A stretch of DNA of 64,000 bases from Bacteroidales bacterium (GCA_045598025.1 JAZLLH010000060.1:10553-74552); one strand, 5' to 3'. Numbered from the stretch's first letter, positions 18,052 through 28,219 are shown. Numbers and translations: made by a program. Notes: generated by a model not told the origin, from the letters alone.

Positions 18052-19290
18052 TTATTCGTGACGGGACGTTCCCCTAAACAACTGATGCGAGATGCGCAGT
18101 ACGGGCACGGACATGGCCGGCAACGTAATCAGCAGGACAACCGCAAAAATGCAGACAACATCCCACAGGTGTATATCAACCGGATAATAATTCAAAAGAT
18201 AACCCTCGCCTCCGAAACGGATCAGATGAAAGGTTTTCTGCATCCAACAGAACAGAAAACCTACCGACATTCCAATCAGGGTACCGAAACCACTGATCAG
18301 ACATCCTTCTGTCATAAAGACCTTGCGTATCAGCGGCAGATCGGCCCCCATGGCATAGAATACAGACAGGTCCTTTTTCTTGTCCAGCACCAGAATGGCC
18401 ATCATACCAATCATATTGAATGAGGCTATCAGCAGTATGAAGGATAATATGGCGAAGATGACCCATTTCTCGGAACGCATCACCTTGTACAATTCTTCTT
18501 CCTGCTGGAAGACATCCCGGACACGGATACTGTCACCGACGATTTCGGCTATACGAGCCCTGATTTTGGGCAGAGAAGCCTTTTCATCCGTACGGATTTC
18601 CAAGGAAGTCATTTCATTATCATGCAGGGTCAAACGGCGGACAAAACTGATGGGAACAAATACATAATCGGCATCGTAATCCGTAGCGGTTCCGAAACAA
18701 CCTACCGGAGTAAGCTGTTCCACCTGCATGCCCTGCATGGGATTTCCGGCATTCAACCGACGGGTACGGTCTGGATAATACACAGAAAGACTATTGCTTA
18801 CAAACTCGGAGATTCCGCAATGCAGCCGACTCTCCACTCCGACTCCCACCACCGCCAGAGGAAACCCCTGATAATCCAGACGGAACTGTCCTGAAAGCAG
18901 CGTGGTATCTATGCGTTTAAGACGTGCATAATCCGGCTCCACCCCTTTCAGATGCACAATGAACTGCCTGTCCTCATACATCATCACCGCCATATCCGTA
19001 TACACCTCAGAAACATATGCCACCCCCTGAATATTGCGGATACGTTCCAACTGCTCTTCACTCAGGGTAAAATTCTTTCCCTCATTGGGAATCAATTCCA
19101 AATCGGCATGGAAGGTATTGAAATGATCGGTCACGAACTGCTGCAATCCGTTGAACACGGACAATATGACAAACAATGCCGCGGTACACACGGCCACACT
19201 CACCAGCGAAATCCAGGATATGAGCTGTATCAGCTGATGGGATTTGGACGAGAGCAGGTAGCGTTTGGCAATAAAAAAGTGAACACTCAC
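18052..19290 (-). CDS. FtsX-like ABC transporter permease (LolC/E-like)
   Basis: 412 aa with FFIAKRYLLSSKSH...SVFNGLQ at the N-terminus, a large periplasmic loop and three C-terminal TM helices. Confidence 0.8.
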   Translation of the reverse strand: MSVHFFIAKRYLLSSKSHQLIQLISWISLVSVAVCTAALFVILSVFNGLQQFVTDHFNTFHADLELIPNEGKNFTLSEEQLERIRNIQGVAYVSEVYTDMAVMMYEDRQFIVHLKGVEPDYARLKRIDTTLLSGQFRLDYQGFPLAVVGVGVESRLHCGISEFVSNSLSVYYPDRTRRLNAGNPMQGMQVEQLTPVGCFGTATDYDADYVFVPISFVRRLTLHDNEMTSLEIRTDEKASLPKIRARIAEIVGDSIRVRDVFQQEEELYKVMRSEKWVIFAILSFILLIASFNMIGMMAILVLDKKKDLSVFYAMGADLPLIRKVFMTEGCLISGFGTLIGMSVGFLFCWMQKTFHLIRFGGEGYLLNYYPVDIHLWDVVCIFAVVLLITLPAMSVPVLRISHQLFRGTSRHE

Positions 19291-19625
19291 TGTTTTAGCA
19301 GATTATCTATGTTTTCGATGTAATCCAATGTGTCATCCAAAACGAAGGCCAACTCCGGTATGATGCGTAACTGATTTTTCACCCTCTGCCCCAAACGGAA
19401 GCGGATATCCTTGTTGTTTTCTTCCAAGGCCTTCATTACCGACTGTTTGTCGTTGACGGCGAACACACTGACGTAAACTCTGGCATAGGAAAAATCACGC
19501 GTCACGTTTACTCGGGTAACCGTCAGCATTCCATGTCCCTGGTATAAAGAAGGGTCATGCTGGAACAATTCGGCGATTTCCTTTTGAATAAGGCGATTTA
19601 TTTTTTGCTGTCTTGTTGATTCCAT
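19287..19625 (-). CDS. rbfA: Ribosome-binding factor A
   Basis: ORF 19287-19700. The likely start is ATG 19625 (MESTRQQKINRLIQKEIAELF), which removes the overlap with hpt. The RbfA-like sequence includes VTRVNVTRDFSYARVYVS. Confidence 0.88.
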   Translation of the reverse strand: MESTRQQKINRLIQKEIAELFQHDPSLYQGHGMLTVTRVNVTRDFSYARVYVSVFAVNDKQSVMKALEENNKDIRFRLGQRVKNQLRIIPELAFVLDDTLDYIENIDNLLKQ

Positions 19626-19626
19626 A

Positions 19627-20166
19627 TCAAGATTCTTTACATTGGTAAATGTCCGGATACTGACGTCCCAGTTCGTCATAATCCATGCCACAGCCGACAA
19701 TGAATTCGTTCGAAATGGAAAAACCCGTATACCGGATGGGAATATGCTCCCTGTATTTTCCCTGCTTGAAGGTCAAAGCTGCAACTTCTGCATCCAGCAC
19801 CCCGCAAGACGTCAGGTGCCCGAACAGATAAGCTATCGTCCGTCCGGTATCGACAATGTCTTCCACCACCAGCACACGCCTTCCCTTCAGACGTTCCTCC
19901 GGAAGTCCTATGACCTCCTTCATCTTTTCCGAACGGGTGCCCGTATAGGAACGGTATTTGACACAACATACTTCCACCGGAATCCGGAGACGTTTCATCA
20001 ACTCCACGGCAAAAAACATGGCTCCGTTCAACATGATCAGCAGAATGGGACAATCACCGGCATAATCTTCCGAAATCTGATCGGCCATTTCCCCAATGCG
20101 CCTTTCAATTTCCTCCCGGGAAATATACGGCACAAAGCATTTGTCGTGGATGCGTATTTCCCGCAT
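19627..20166 (-). CDS. hpt: Hypoxanthine phosphoribosyltransferase
   Basis: 179 aa with the PRPP-binding motif VLVVEDIVDTGRT and GFSISNEFIVGCGMDY. Confidence 0.9.
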   Translation of the reverse strand: MREIRIHDKCFVPYISREEIERRIGEMADQISEDYAGDCPILLIMLNGAMFFAVELMKRLRIPVEVCCVKYRSYTGTRSEKMKEVIGLPEERLKGRRVLVVEDIVDTGRTIAYLFGHLTSCGVLDAEVAALTFKQGKYREHIPIRYTGFSISNEFIVGCGMDYDELGRQYPDIYQCKES

Positions 20167-20167
20167 A

Positions 20168-21943
20168 TCAACTGTGTGCGTAAATATCTTTCAGATCCTT
20201 TTCGTACTTTTTCAGAATGACTCGGCGCTTCAGTTTCAGCGTCTGTGACAATTCACCGCTGTCGCTGGACCACTCATCGGCAACAATGTGGACACGCTTC
20301 AGCTGTTCGTGAGGCGCCAGCGTTTCATTGATCTGATTCACCTCCTGCATGATACAATCTTTCACCTCCGACAGGGAAACCAAGTCCGCATCATTACGGT
20401 AAGAGAGTTTGCGCTTTTTGGCCCATTTGTGCAGATAAGACCAGTCCGGAACAATCAGCGCGGATGCAAACTTTTCGTTTTCACCCACCACCATGATGTT
20501 TCCTATAAAGGGAGATTCCTTGAAACGATTCTCCAACACCTGCGGCGCAATGTATTTGCCGGCAGAAAGCTTGAAGATTTCCTTTTTCCGGTCTGTAATG
20601 CGCAGATAGCCGTCCTTGGTCAGTTCACCTATGTCTCCGGTATGGAACCATCCGTCTTCATCAATGGCCTCCCGGGTAGCTTCCGGATTGTTGTAATAAC
20701 CCAGCATCAGACAGACACCCTTGGTCAGGATTTCACCGTCCTCACTGAATTTCACATCAATACCAGGGAAAATCTTTCCGACCGTACCGATAACGATTTC
20801 CATGTCTTTCGGATTGTTCACGGCAATCACAGGGGAAGTCTCTGTCATTCCGTAACCTTCGAAAATATACATTTTGGCCGCGGTATACAGACGGATGATT
20901 TTTTCCTGAATGGAAGACCCGCCGGACACTATCAGCAGTTCGTGCCCTCCCAAAGCTTCGCGCCATTTGGAATAGACCAGTTTGTCCGCTATGGCATAAC
21001 GCAATTTGTATAAAGGATCTTTCCGTCTGTAATCAAACTTCTGGGCAATACGGAAAGCCCAACGGTATATCAGACGGGACACTCCATTGAGATCCTTTCC
21101 TGCCGCCTCCAATTTACCATACATCATTTCCATAACACGAGGCACCGCACAAAAACCGTCGGCACTCACCTCTTTCATATCCCGGGCTATGGTTCCCAAG
21201 CCTTCGGCATAGTATGTACTGATTCCGAGATACTGGTATTCGTAATTCATGCCGCGCTCGTAGATGTGGCAGAGCGGAAGGAAACTGAGCATCTTGTGCG
21301 TATGGTTCTTGATTTCCATATTGGCATGTCCTATTGCATTAACAACCAATCCAATATGAGAAAGCATCACACCTTTGGGAGCTGCTGTAGTACCGGATGT
21401 ATAGATAATGGTACACATTTCCTCCGGACGGATGTTCTTTTTGTTTTCTTCTATGACGGGAGCAAACTCGGAAGCTTTTTCTTCTCCCAATTTCAGAATT
21501 TCCTCCCAATTGCGCTGTCCTTCAATCGGATTGACGGTAAACACCTCCGGACGCGGAGATATTTCATCCACGACAGGCCCCACCTGACGGAAGATTTTTT
21601 CGTTTCCGATAAATACGGCGCGGGCTTCACTGTGCGTCAATATGTGTTTGTAATCTTCCTTGCTCAAAGTGGGATACACAGGAATGGAAACCATGTGAGC
21701 CAAAGCAAGTGCCATATCCAGGAAGTTCCATTCCGGACGGTTCTGTGTGATGATAATCACTCTGTCCCCCGCTTGAAAACCGGAAGCCAGCAGCCCATAG
21801 GCCAGATGGTGGGATATGCGGTAATAGTCATCCACGCTGTATTTCACCCAGCCATCAGACTTGCGAATGGAAAGGATGTCGTCCTTGAATGCATATTTTT
21901 CCTTTAACTGCTCTAATAAATCAAATGTTCTTTTTACTTCCAT
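20168..21943 (-). CDS. Long-chain fatty acid-CoA ligase (AMP-forming), paralog 1
   Basis: ORF 20168-21994. The likely start is ATG 21943 (MEVKRTFDLL). It has the AMP-binding motifs YTSGTTAAPKGVMLSH, GYGMTETS, TGDIGEL and RKKEIFKLSAGKY. Confidence 0.85.
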   Translation of the reverse strand: MEVKRTFDLLEQLKEKYAFKDDILSIRKSDGWVKYSVDDYYRISHHLAYGLLASGFQAGDRVIIITQNRPEWNFLDMALALAHMVSIPVYPTLSKEDYKHILTHSEARAVFIGNEKIFRQVGPVVDEISPRPEVFTVNPIEGQRNWEEILKLGEEKASEFAPVIEENKKNIRPEEMCTIIYTSGTTAAPKGVMLSHIGLVVNAIGHANMEIKNHTHKMLSFLPLCHIYERGMNYEYQYLGISTYYAEGLGTIARDMKEVSADGFCAVPRVMEMMYGKLEAAGKDLNGVSRLIYRWAFRIAQKFDYRRKDPLYKLRYAIADKLVYSKWREALGGHELLIVSGGSSIQEKIIRLYTAAKMYIFEGYGMTETSPVIAVNNPKDMEIVIGTVGKIFPGIDVKFSEDGEILTKGVCLMLGYYNNPEATREAIDEDGWFHTGDIGELTKDGYLRITDRKKEIFKLSAGKYIAPQVLENRFKESPFIGNIMVVGENEKFASALIVPDWSYLHKWAKKRKLSYRNDADLVSLSEVKDCIMQEVNQINETLAPHEQLKRVHIVADEWSSDSGELSQTLKLKRRVILKKYEKDLKDIYAHS

Positions 21944-21950
21944 TGTGTCT

Positions 21951-23822
21951 TTATTGTTTGTTTTCATCCTCACTGCGATGAAGCGACTTACCAAAAGGAT
22001 TGTTCAAAAGGGAAATATTAATCTGTTTGAAACTGAATGATTGTTCCTTTTTCTCTTTGTGATTGTAAATTTCGTCAATCAGATCTTTGTATTTGATCAT
22101 CAATACATTGCGTTTCAGTTTCAAGGTAGGAGAAAGTTCTCCTGTCTGTGGTGACCACTCTTCGGTCACCAGTCGGAAACACTTAATCTGCTCGTGAGGT
22201 GCCAGTTCCTTGTTGTACGTATTTATTTCCTTCTGGAAATGCTGCTGCAATTCCGGAATCTGTATCAAATCAGTATTGTCCCTGTAATGCAATTTGTGCT
22301 TGTTGGCCCAAAAATGGAGATAATTGTAATTGGGTGAAATCAAGGCCGATGCAAATTTTTCGTTTTCTCCGATAACCATCACATCGTCAATCATTTCCGA
22401 TTCTTTCAGCTTGTTCTCTATGGATTGGGGAACAATGTATTTACCGGCAGAAAGTTTGAATATTTCCTTTTTCCGATCCGTAATCTTCAGAAACAGGCCA
22501 TCCACCAGGCGGCCTACATCTCCGGTATGGAACCATCCCTCCTCATCAAAGGCTTTTTTCGTATAGACCTCGTCCTTATAATAGGCTTTCATGACAGAGT
22601 CGCCCTTGACCAGGATTTCTCCATCCTCGTCCAATTTAAATTCCATCACAGGGAGCACCGGTCCTACCGTTCCTATCTTGGTATGCCCGGATACCGGATC
22701 GTTGACCGCGATGACAGGACCTGTTTCCGTCAGACCGTAGCCTTCGAATACCCTGAGCCCCACCGCCTGAAACAGCCGGATGATTTTTTCGTTGAGTGCG
22801 GATCCGCCGCTGATGATGGTCATTTCGTTTCCACCGAATTTTTTTCGGATCTGGGAATACACCAGCACATCGTATACCTTCTGCCACATCCGGTACCATA
22901 TGTTCTTATGAAAATCATATTTGTAACCGTGCTTCAAAGCCAAGCGGAAAATCCGCTTCCGGACAAACGGAAGATCCTTGCCCGACGAGAGTACCTTTTC
23001 ATACATCATTTCCATTACCCTCGGAACCGTACAGAATCCGTGGGCTTTCACCTCGGCAGACGACTGCAGTATCAAACCCATGTTATCTACGTAATAAATG
23101 CTGATACCCAGGTATTGATAATGGTAATTCATGGTGCGCTCGAATACATGGCAGAGCGGAAGGAAACTGAGCACCCGGCAGGTGGAATCCATGGGTTCCA
23201 CCCGGACATGGGACAGAAAATTGGAAATGATGTTGCGATGCGTCAGCATGACCCCTTTAGGCACCCCTGTGGTTCCTGAGGTGTACACCATGGTAGCGAC
23301 ATCATCGGGAAGGATACTGTCCTTGATTTCTTTCAGAATGGGAGCATCTTTCCGACGATAGAATATGCCCTGCTTGAAGACAGAAAACAGCACATCCTCG
23401 CCTTCGATGGGGTCGAGCGTATATATACGCGGATGTTTCTCGAAAGTCTCAAATGCAGGACGTATACGGTTGTAGATTGCCCTGTTGCCAATAATGACCA
23501 TTTTGGCATCGGAATGGTTCACAATATAGGTGTAGTCATTCCTGCTCAATGTGGGATACACGGGAATATGTACTACACCCAACATACTCAAAGCCATATC
23601 GATGATATTGAATTCCGGTCGATTGTTCGTCACTGTGATTACGTGGTCTCCTTTCCGGAGTCCCAATTCGTAAAATCCGTAACTCATGATCTCGGAATAT
23701 TTGCAGTAATCACCGATGCTGAACTTTGTCCATTCGCCGTTCCGCTTGGATGCAAGGATGTCTTCTTTTTCGTATTTTTCCGACATCCAGTCCAGTAAAT
23801 CAAATATCCTATTTATTTCCAA
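21951..23822 (-). CDS. Long-chain fatty acid-CoA ligase (AMP-forming), paralog 2
   Basis: 623 aa with YTSGTTGVPKGVMLTH, GYGLTETG, TGDVGRL and RKKEIFKLSAGKY. It is collinear with paralog 1 and has a ~35-aa C-terminal extension. Confidence 0.85.
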   Translation of the reverse strand: MEINRIFDLLDWMSEKYEKEDILASKRNGEWTKFSIGDYCKYSEIMSYGFYELGLRKGDHVITVTNNRPEFNIIDMALSMLGVVHIPVYPTLSRNDYTYIVNHSDAKMVIIGNRAIYNRIRPAFETFEKHPRIYTLDPIEGEDVLFSVFKQGIFYRRKDAPILKEIKDSILPDDVATMVYTSGTTGVPKGVMLTHRNIISNFLSHVRVEPMDSTCRVLSFLPLCHVFERTMNYHYQYLGISIYYVDNMGLILQSSAEVKAHGFCTVPRVMEMMYEKVLSSGKDLPFVRKRIFRLALKHGYKYDFHKNIWYRMWQKVYDVLVYSQIRKKFGGNEMTIISGGSALNEKIIRLFQAVGLRVFEGYGLTETGPVIAVNDPVSGHTKIGTVGPVLPVMEFKLDEDGEILVKGDSVMKAYYKDEVYTKKAFDEEGWFHTGDVGRLVDGLFLKITDRKKEIFKLSAGKYIVPQSIENKLKESEMIDDVMVIGENEKFASALISPNYNYLHFWANKHKLHYRDNTDLIQIPELQQHFQKEINTYNKELAPHEQIKCFRLVTEEWSPQTGELSPTLKLKRNVLMIKYKDLIDEIYNHKEKKEQSFSFKQINISLLNNPFGKSLHRSEDENKQ

Positions 23823-23847
23823 AACCAGCCGAGTTTATTTTATCCTG

Positions 23848-23855
23848 CAAAAGTA
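23848..23855 (-). promoter_or_regulatory. Bacteroidetes-type -7 promoter box (TAnnTTTG)
   Basis: The minus strand reads TACTTTTG, 25 nt upstream of ATG 23822. Confidence 0.55.
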
Positions 23856-23869
23856 CAAAAAATGTAAAT

Positions 23870-23898
23870 AAAAAAAGCGGTCTGAGACCGCTTTTTTT
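23870..23898 (-). terminator. Rho-independent terminator (symmetrical A/T flanks)
   Basis: The stem AGCGGTC (23876-23882) / GACCGCT (23886-23892) has a 3-nt loop. An A7 run precedes it and a T7 run follows. It lies 19 nt downstream of the 23917-25635 gene on the minus strand. Confidence 0.75.
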
Positions 23899-23916
23899 GT
23901 CAATCTCATAGAAAGA

Positions 23917-25635
23917 TTATCGTACTACGTTGATTTTTTGCGTAGAGAAACCTTTTTCAGTATTGATTCTTACAATGTAAAGTCCGTTGGAGAAGTTCTG
24001 CGTATTCACGTCCACCTGATTGTCGGCGGCAGTGGTCTGATATACTTTCTGACCGACGGCATTGTACACTTCAACGTTTTTGATGGTACCGGCGGCAGAA
24101 ATAGAGAACTGATCCTGAGCGGGATTCGGATACACGGAAACCGAACGGTCAATGGAACATTCGGGCACATCCACGGCACGGGCGATGTTGATGTCGTCTA
24201 CGTACAGTTTGGCATTGGAAGCCTCACTGGTGCAATGGAAACCGATGTAATAGTATCCGGGTTTTTCCACTTTGAAACGGGCAGTTCCTTTCAGATAGCT
24301 GCGGTCCAGATCGCTTTGGTCGGAACCGACCTGATTGACGATGTTCTCATGCCATGCCAATTCCCACATCAGCGCCTGATATTTCTGTTGATAAGCCCAA
24401 GCTACCGTCATTTTCTGAGGTTTCGAGGCATCCGAAGTACCATACCAATAGGACAGTTCGTACGTTTTGTTTGCATCCGGAAAATAAATCAGTTTGGTAA
24501 AGAACCAGTCGTTTGCATTGTATTTGGTGTTGCCTGCATACTGCATGCAACCGGTTCCCCGACGGGAATACATCACAGTCTGCACATCCTGCCAAGTGGA
24601 TTCGTCACGGAAGATGTTGAAAACACGGACACCGGAAATATCGGCTGCAGAGTCAAAACTGTTGTAGTAAGGAATACCGGCAGGACTCACATTGTCGACC
24701 ACGGTTTTGGGCAGCGTATCGTTGCTGTGGTCCAGATCACCGGGAACATCCACCCACGCCCAGATGGTATCACGGGAACCCTTGGCGAAACTGACACGCT
24801 TCGGGAAGGTGATGTGGGCCGTATCCAAAGTCTTCATGTTGCGGTTGACCTTGTAGTTGTTGGCATAGATGTAATCGGAACCCTTGGAGGACTGTATGTA
24901 CCAGAGGTCAAAGGTATTGACTTCATGACCGCGGTTTTTGATGACAAAAGTCAGATTGACGCTGGTGTCCACATTCTGCATGGGAACTTCAGGGCTCCAC
25001 ATTTCCACGATTTCCATGTCATACTCGTTGACGGCACCCACTTTGATCAGGTCCAATCCGAACACAGCACCGAATTCAATAGTTGATTTGGGGAAGAAAT
25101 AGGCACGGAAAGCAATGTAGATGTTCTTTCCGACATAGTCTGCCAGCGAATAGGCATAGGATGTCCAGGAAGTGCTGCGGTAGGCAGGGAAAGAATCCAG
25201 CACGGTGAAAGATTCCGGATTGGCATCCGTGGTGGAAATCAACACCTGCAGATTGTTGTTCTCACTGCCGGTGAAATTATTGAGATAGAAACTCAGATAA
25301 TCGCCGTTGGAAATATTCTTGATCTGAGGTGAAATCAGCCAGGAATCGGTACCCTTATTGGGAGCGCCTCCACAGGCAAAAGTGACGAGATTCTTGTTGG
25401 TATCGCCATTCGTAGGAGGCGTTACCACGGTTCCGAGAATAGTCTGTCCGGACACATTGATGACCCAACCCTTGGCGTTGTCGCCACAGGAACTACGCAT
25501 GGTCTGTTTGTGGACAACCGTCCAATTGCTGAGTTCAATCCTGTGATTGTACGTTTCCCAGCCCTCGTAGAAATTCTGAGCCTGCATAAAACCTACGGAC
25601 AGGAAGAACATCAAAAATAAACTTACTTTCTTCAT
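23917..25635 (-). CDS. T9SS-secreted protein with two adhesin-like (choice-of-anchor J / cleaved-adhesin-like) domains
   Basis: 572 aa with a signal peptide (MKKVSLFLMFFLSVGFMQAQ). It has NFYEGWE...DSWLISPQI...LSFYL...IYIAFRAY, and a second similar block NDWFFTKLI...YYIGFHC. The C-terminus VSVYPNPAQDQFSI...GLYIVRINTEKGFSTQKINVVR is a T9SS tail. Confidence 0.7.
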   Translation of the reverse strand: MKKVSLFLMFFLSVGFMQAQNFYEGWETYNHRIELSNWTVVHKQTMRSSCGDNAKGWVINVSGQTILGTVVTPPTNGDTNKNLVTFACGGAPNKGTDSWLISPQIKNISNGDYLSFYLNNFTGSENNNLQVLISTTDANPESFTVLDSFPAYRSTSWTSYAYSLADYVGKNIYIAFRAYFFPKSTIEFGAVFGLDLIKVGAVNEYDMEIVEMWSPEVPMQNVDTSVNLTFVIKNRGHEVNTFDLWYIQSSKGSDYIYANNYKVNRNMKTLDTAHITFPKRVSFAKGSRDTIWAWVDVPGDLDHSNDTLPKTVVDNVSPAGIPYYNSFDSAADISGVRVFNIFRDESTWQDVQTVMYSRRGTGCMQYAGNTKYNANDWFFTKLIYFPDANKTYELSYWYGTSDASKPQKMTVAWAYQQKYQALMWELAWHENIVNQVGSDQSDLDRSYLKGTARFKVEKPGYYYIGFHCTSEASNAKLYVDDINIARAVDVPECSIDRSVSVYPNPAQDQFSISAAGTIKNVEVYNAVGQKVYQTTAADNQVDVNTQNFSNGLYIVRINTEKGFSTQKINVVR

Positions 25636-25725
25636 TTTAAGTTTTATTTAGTTAATAATTAAACATTTCGTATCCATTATTCCTTACTGTGGATTTCCCA
25701 GCAAAGTCAAGGGACAACTTTTTTG

Positions 25726-25733
25726 CAAAAGTA
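25726..25733 (-). promoter_or_regulatory. Bacteroidetes-type -7 promoter box (TAnnTTTG)
   Basis: The minus strand reads TACTTTTG, 90 nt upstream of ATG 25635. Confidence 0.45.
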
Positions 25734-25819
25734 CAAACTTTTTTGAAACAAAGGACTGTTTTTGCCTGATTTTTTTTCATGCCGTCCGACAAAAAAACGC
25801 TATGCAATGATTTTTTATC

Positions 25820-25827
25820 TATTTTTG
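25820..25827 (+). promoter_or_regulatory. Bacteroidetes-type -7 promoter box (TAnnTTTG)
   Basis: TATTTTTG lies 15 nt upstream of ATG 25843. Confidence 0.5.
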
Positions 25828-25842
25828 CACTTTGAATTCGCG

Positions 25843-28215
25843 ATGAAGAACTTCCGACACATATGGTTCATTCTGTGTTTTATTCCATGCTGCCTGATGG
25901 GACAGGGACGTATCATACTCAGCGGATACGTTCGGGATTCCTTGAGCCGGGAGGCACTGGAAGGAGCCAACATCTACCTGAAAGAAGCATCCTCCGGATG
26001 CACGAGCGGAAGCAGAGGAAACTTCCGGATCACACTGGATACCGGATGTTTCACCCTAAAAGTATCCTTTGTAGGATACCGTCCCTTTGAACAGAAAATC
26101 AGACTGACGGGAGACCAAAAAATCAATGTGTGGCTCTCCCCTGTCGAAATCGAAGGACAAACCGTCACCGTAACGGCATCCCGCAACGACCAGAATGTAG
26201 AAGAAAGTCAGATGGGCAGGACGGAACTGCATATAGAGTCCATCAAGAAAATGCCGGCATTCTTCGGTGAAACCGATGTGCTGAAAAGCATACAGCTGCT
26301 CCCCGGCATACAGAGTTCCGGAGAAGGGAATTCGGGTTTTCACGTCAGGGGCGGAAGCATCGACCAGAACCTCATTCTGTTGGACAATGTCAACATCTAC
26401 AATGCCGGACACCTTTTCGGATTCTTTTCCGTATTCAATCCGGATGCCGTACAGACTGCTGAAGTGATGAAGGGGGACATCCCTGCCAATTACGGAGGAC
26501 GGCTGTCCTCCGTGCTGAATGTCGTCAGTCCGAACGGGAATGAGCAGTACTGGACCGGCAATGCCGGAATCGGACTGATTTTTTCCGACCTGCACATCGA
26601 AGGTCCTCTGGTCAAAGACAAAGCGTCCCTGCTTCTGGCCGGAAGACGTACCTACGTAGATGCTGTCATACAACCTTTTCTGCGACCGACATCCTACCTC
26701 AAGGGGCTGAAATTCTATTTCTACGATCTCAACGGCAAACTGAGCTGGTCCATCAATAGAAACAACCAATTGTATCTCAGCGCATACAAAGGATCTGATA
26801 CCTACGGATTCCGAAGTCCGGATGCCGCCTTGGATGCCCAATTCCATTGGGACAACACATCCGCAGCCCTGAACTGGTGGCATTTCTTCAACTCCCAGAC
26901 GGAGCTGAATACCCATTTTTCCATCACCGACTACACCTTTGAGACCGACATGAGGATGGAAATCTATCAGATTGCCGTCCTTTCCGGAATCCGGGACTAC
27001 TCCCTCCGATGCGACCTGGACTGCCATCCTTCGGAACGTCAGCTGCTGCAGGTCGGAGGCACCTACACCTATCATCTGTTCGATCCGAACAATTATCATG
27101 CGCTCTCCGGCGGTGTACCCATGCAGTTCCAGGAAAGGGAAAGACTGTTCGCACACGATGCCGCAGTGTACGTTCTGGACCGGTTTTCCTTAGGGAGACA
27201 CATCAAATGCAATGTAGGACTGAGAACATCCTATTTTCAACAGACGGGCCCCTATCATGCCTATGTGCTGAACGGGTTCGGACAGGCGGTGGACACTATT
27301 TTCTACGCCAAGGGAAGCAAAGTGAAGGACTACTGGGGATTGGAACCCCGGATTTCCTTCCGCTACGCCATTGATTCCAACCGATCCGTCAAGGCAGCCT
27401 ATAATCACAACTACCAATACGTGCAACAGGTGGCCCTTTCCTGTATTTCCCTTCCTACAGACGCCTGGATTCCGAGTTCGGCGAACATCCTGCCGCAAGT
27501 ATGTGACCAGTGGGCCGCCGGCTGGTTTCAGGACTTTCTGGACCACGAACTGACCACATCCTTCGAAGCCTACTACAAGAACATGCGCAACCTGACCGAA
27601 TACAAGGCGGGGTTTTCCCCTTTCAACGAAGCCACCAACGGATATGCCAACGCCTACACCCAAGGAAAGGGATGGTCCTATGGATTCGAATGCCTGCTCC
27701 AGAAAAACAGGGGCCGGCTGAGCGGATGGCTGTCCTATACCCTATCCTGGTCCTTCCGTCAATTTGAAGAGCTCAACAACGGCAAGACTTTCTGCGCCAA
27801 GAACGACCGTCGCCATGACGTCTCTCTCATGCTGAGCTATGAAATCCTTCCGCGGCTCACCACTTCCATCGTATGGGTATACGCAACGGGAAATACCATG
27901 ACGGTTCCTATCGGGTACTATTTCGTCGGATATAATCTGGTAGTGGAATACAGTGAAACCAATGCATACCGCATGCCGCCCTACCACCGCATGGACATCT
28001 CCGTCAATTGGGTATTCCGCCGCAACGAACGCTGGGAACAGAGCCTGAATTTCTCCGTGTACAATGTGTACAACCGGAGAAACCCCTTCTTCATCAATAT
28101 ATACACATCCCTGCAGGGCCAGGATATCAGCAAGCTGTCATTGGAAACAACGGCCTACCAAATGTCCCTTTTCCCCATACTGCCGTCCGTATCCTGGAAC
28201 ATCCGCTTCAAATAG
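25843..28215 (+). CDS. TonB-dependent outer-membrane receptor with N-terminal carboxypeptidase-regulatory-like domain
   Basis: ORF 25762-28215 starts at TTG. The likely start is ATG 25843 (MKNFRHIWFILCFIPCCLMGQ). It has ILSGYVRDSLSREALEGANIYL (CarboxypepD_reg-like) and a plug region (IESIKKMPAFFGETDVLKSIQLLPGIQSSGEG). A long beta-barrel ends in SWNIRFK. No SusD-like partner follows. Confidence 0.85.
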   Translation: MKNFRHIWFILCFIPCCLMGQGRIILSGYVRDSLSREALEGANIYLKEASSGCTSGSRGNFRITLDTGCFTLKVSFVGYRPFEQKIRLTGDQKINVWLSPVEIEGQTVTVTASRNDQNVEESQMGRTELHIESIKKMPAFFGETDVLKSIQLLPGIQSSGEGNSGFHVRGGSIDQNLILLDNVNIYNAGHLFGFFSVFNPDAVQTAEVMKGDIPANYGGRLSSVLNVVSPNGNEQYWTGNAGIGLIFSDLHIEGPLVKDKASLLLAGRRTYVDAVIQPFLRPTSYLKGLKFYFYDLNGKLSWSINRNNQLYLSAYKGSDTYGFRSPDAALDAQFHWDNTSAALNWWHFFNSQTELNTHFSITDYTFETDMRMEIYQIAVLSGIRDYSLRCDLDCHPSERQLLQVGGTYTYHLFDPNNYHALSGGVPMQFQERERLFAHDAAVYVLDRFSLGRHIKCNVGLRTSYFQQTGPYHAYVLNGFGQAVDTIFYAKGSKVKDYWGLEPRISFRYAIDSNRSVKAAYNHNYQYVQQVALSCISLPTDAWIPSSANILPQVCDQWAAGWFQDFLDHELTTSFEAYYKNMRNLTEYKAGFSPFNEATNGYANAYTQGKGWSYGFECLLQKNRGRLSGWLSYTLSWSFRQFEELNNGKTFCAKNDRRHDVSLMLSYEILPRLTTSIVWVYATGNTMTVPIGYYFVGYNLVVEYSETNAYRMPPYHRMDISVNWVFRRNERWEQSLNFSVYNVYNRRNPFFINIYTSLQGQDISKLSLETTAYQMSLFPILPSVSWNIRFK

Positions 28216-28219
28216 CGCC

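Noticed and set aside
19626-19700. N-terminal extension of the rbfA ORF overlapping hpt. Similar 5' extensions occur in track ORFs at 1521, 10027, 11213, 21994, 25762, 29011, 28990, 30440, 37911, 42487, 43567, 48868, 50470, 51594, 52076 and 62304.
   Set aside because: In each case an internal ATG gives a canonical N-terminus or signal peptide, removes the overlap with the upstream gene, and/or sits just downstream of a -7 box. The extensions often start at non-ATG codons and encode atypical sequence.
23938-25086. 382-aa plus-strand ORF opposite the 572-aa T9SS adhesin-like gene
   Set aside because: It is an antisense shadow. The minus-strand gene has a signal peptide, repeated domains, a T9SS tail, a promoter and a terminator.
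25636-25842. Possible cobalamin or other riboswitch upstream of the TonB-dependent receptor
   Set aside because: The best promoter box lies only 15 nt from the start codon. I see no B12-box-like or other conserved riboswitch core in the 207-bp region.
26056-27156. 366-aa minus-strand ORF inside the TonB-dependent receptor gene
   Set aside because: It is an antisense shadow. The plus-strand product has a signal peptide, plug and barrel features, and the minus-strand product has none.
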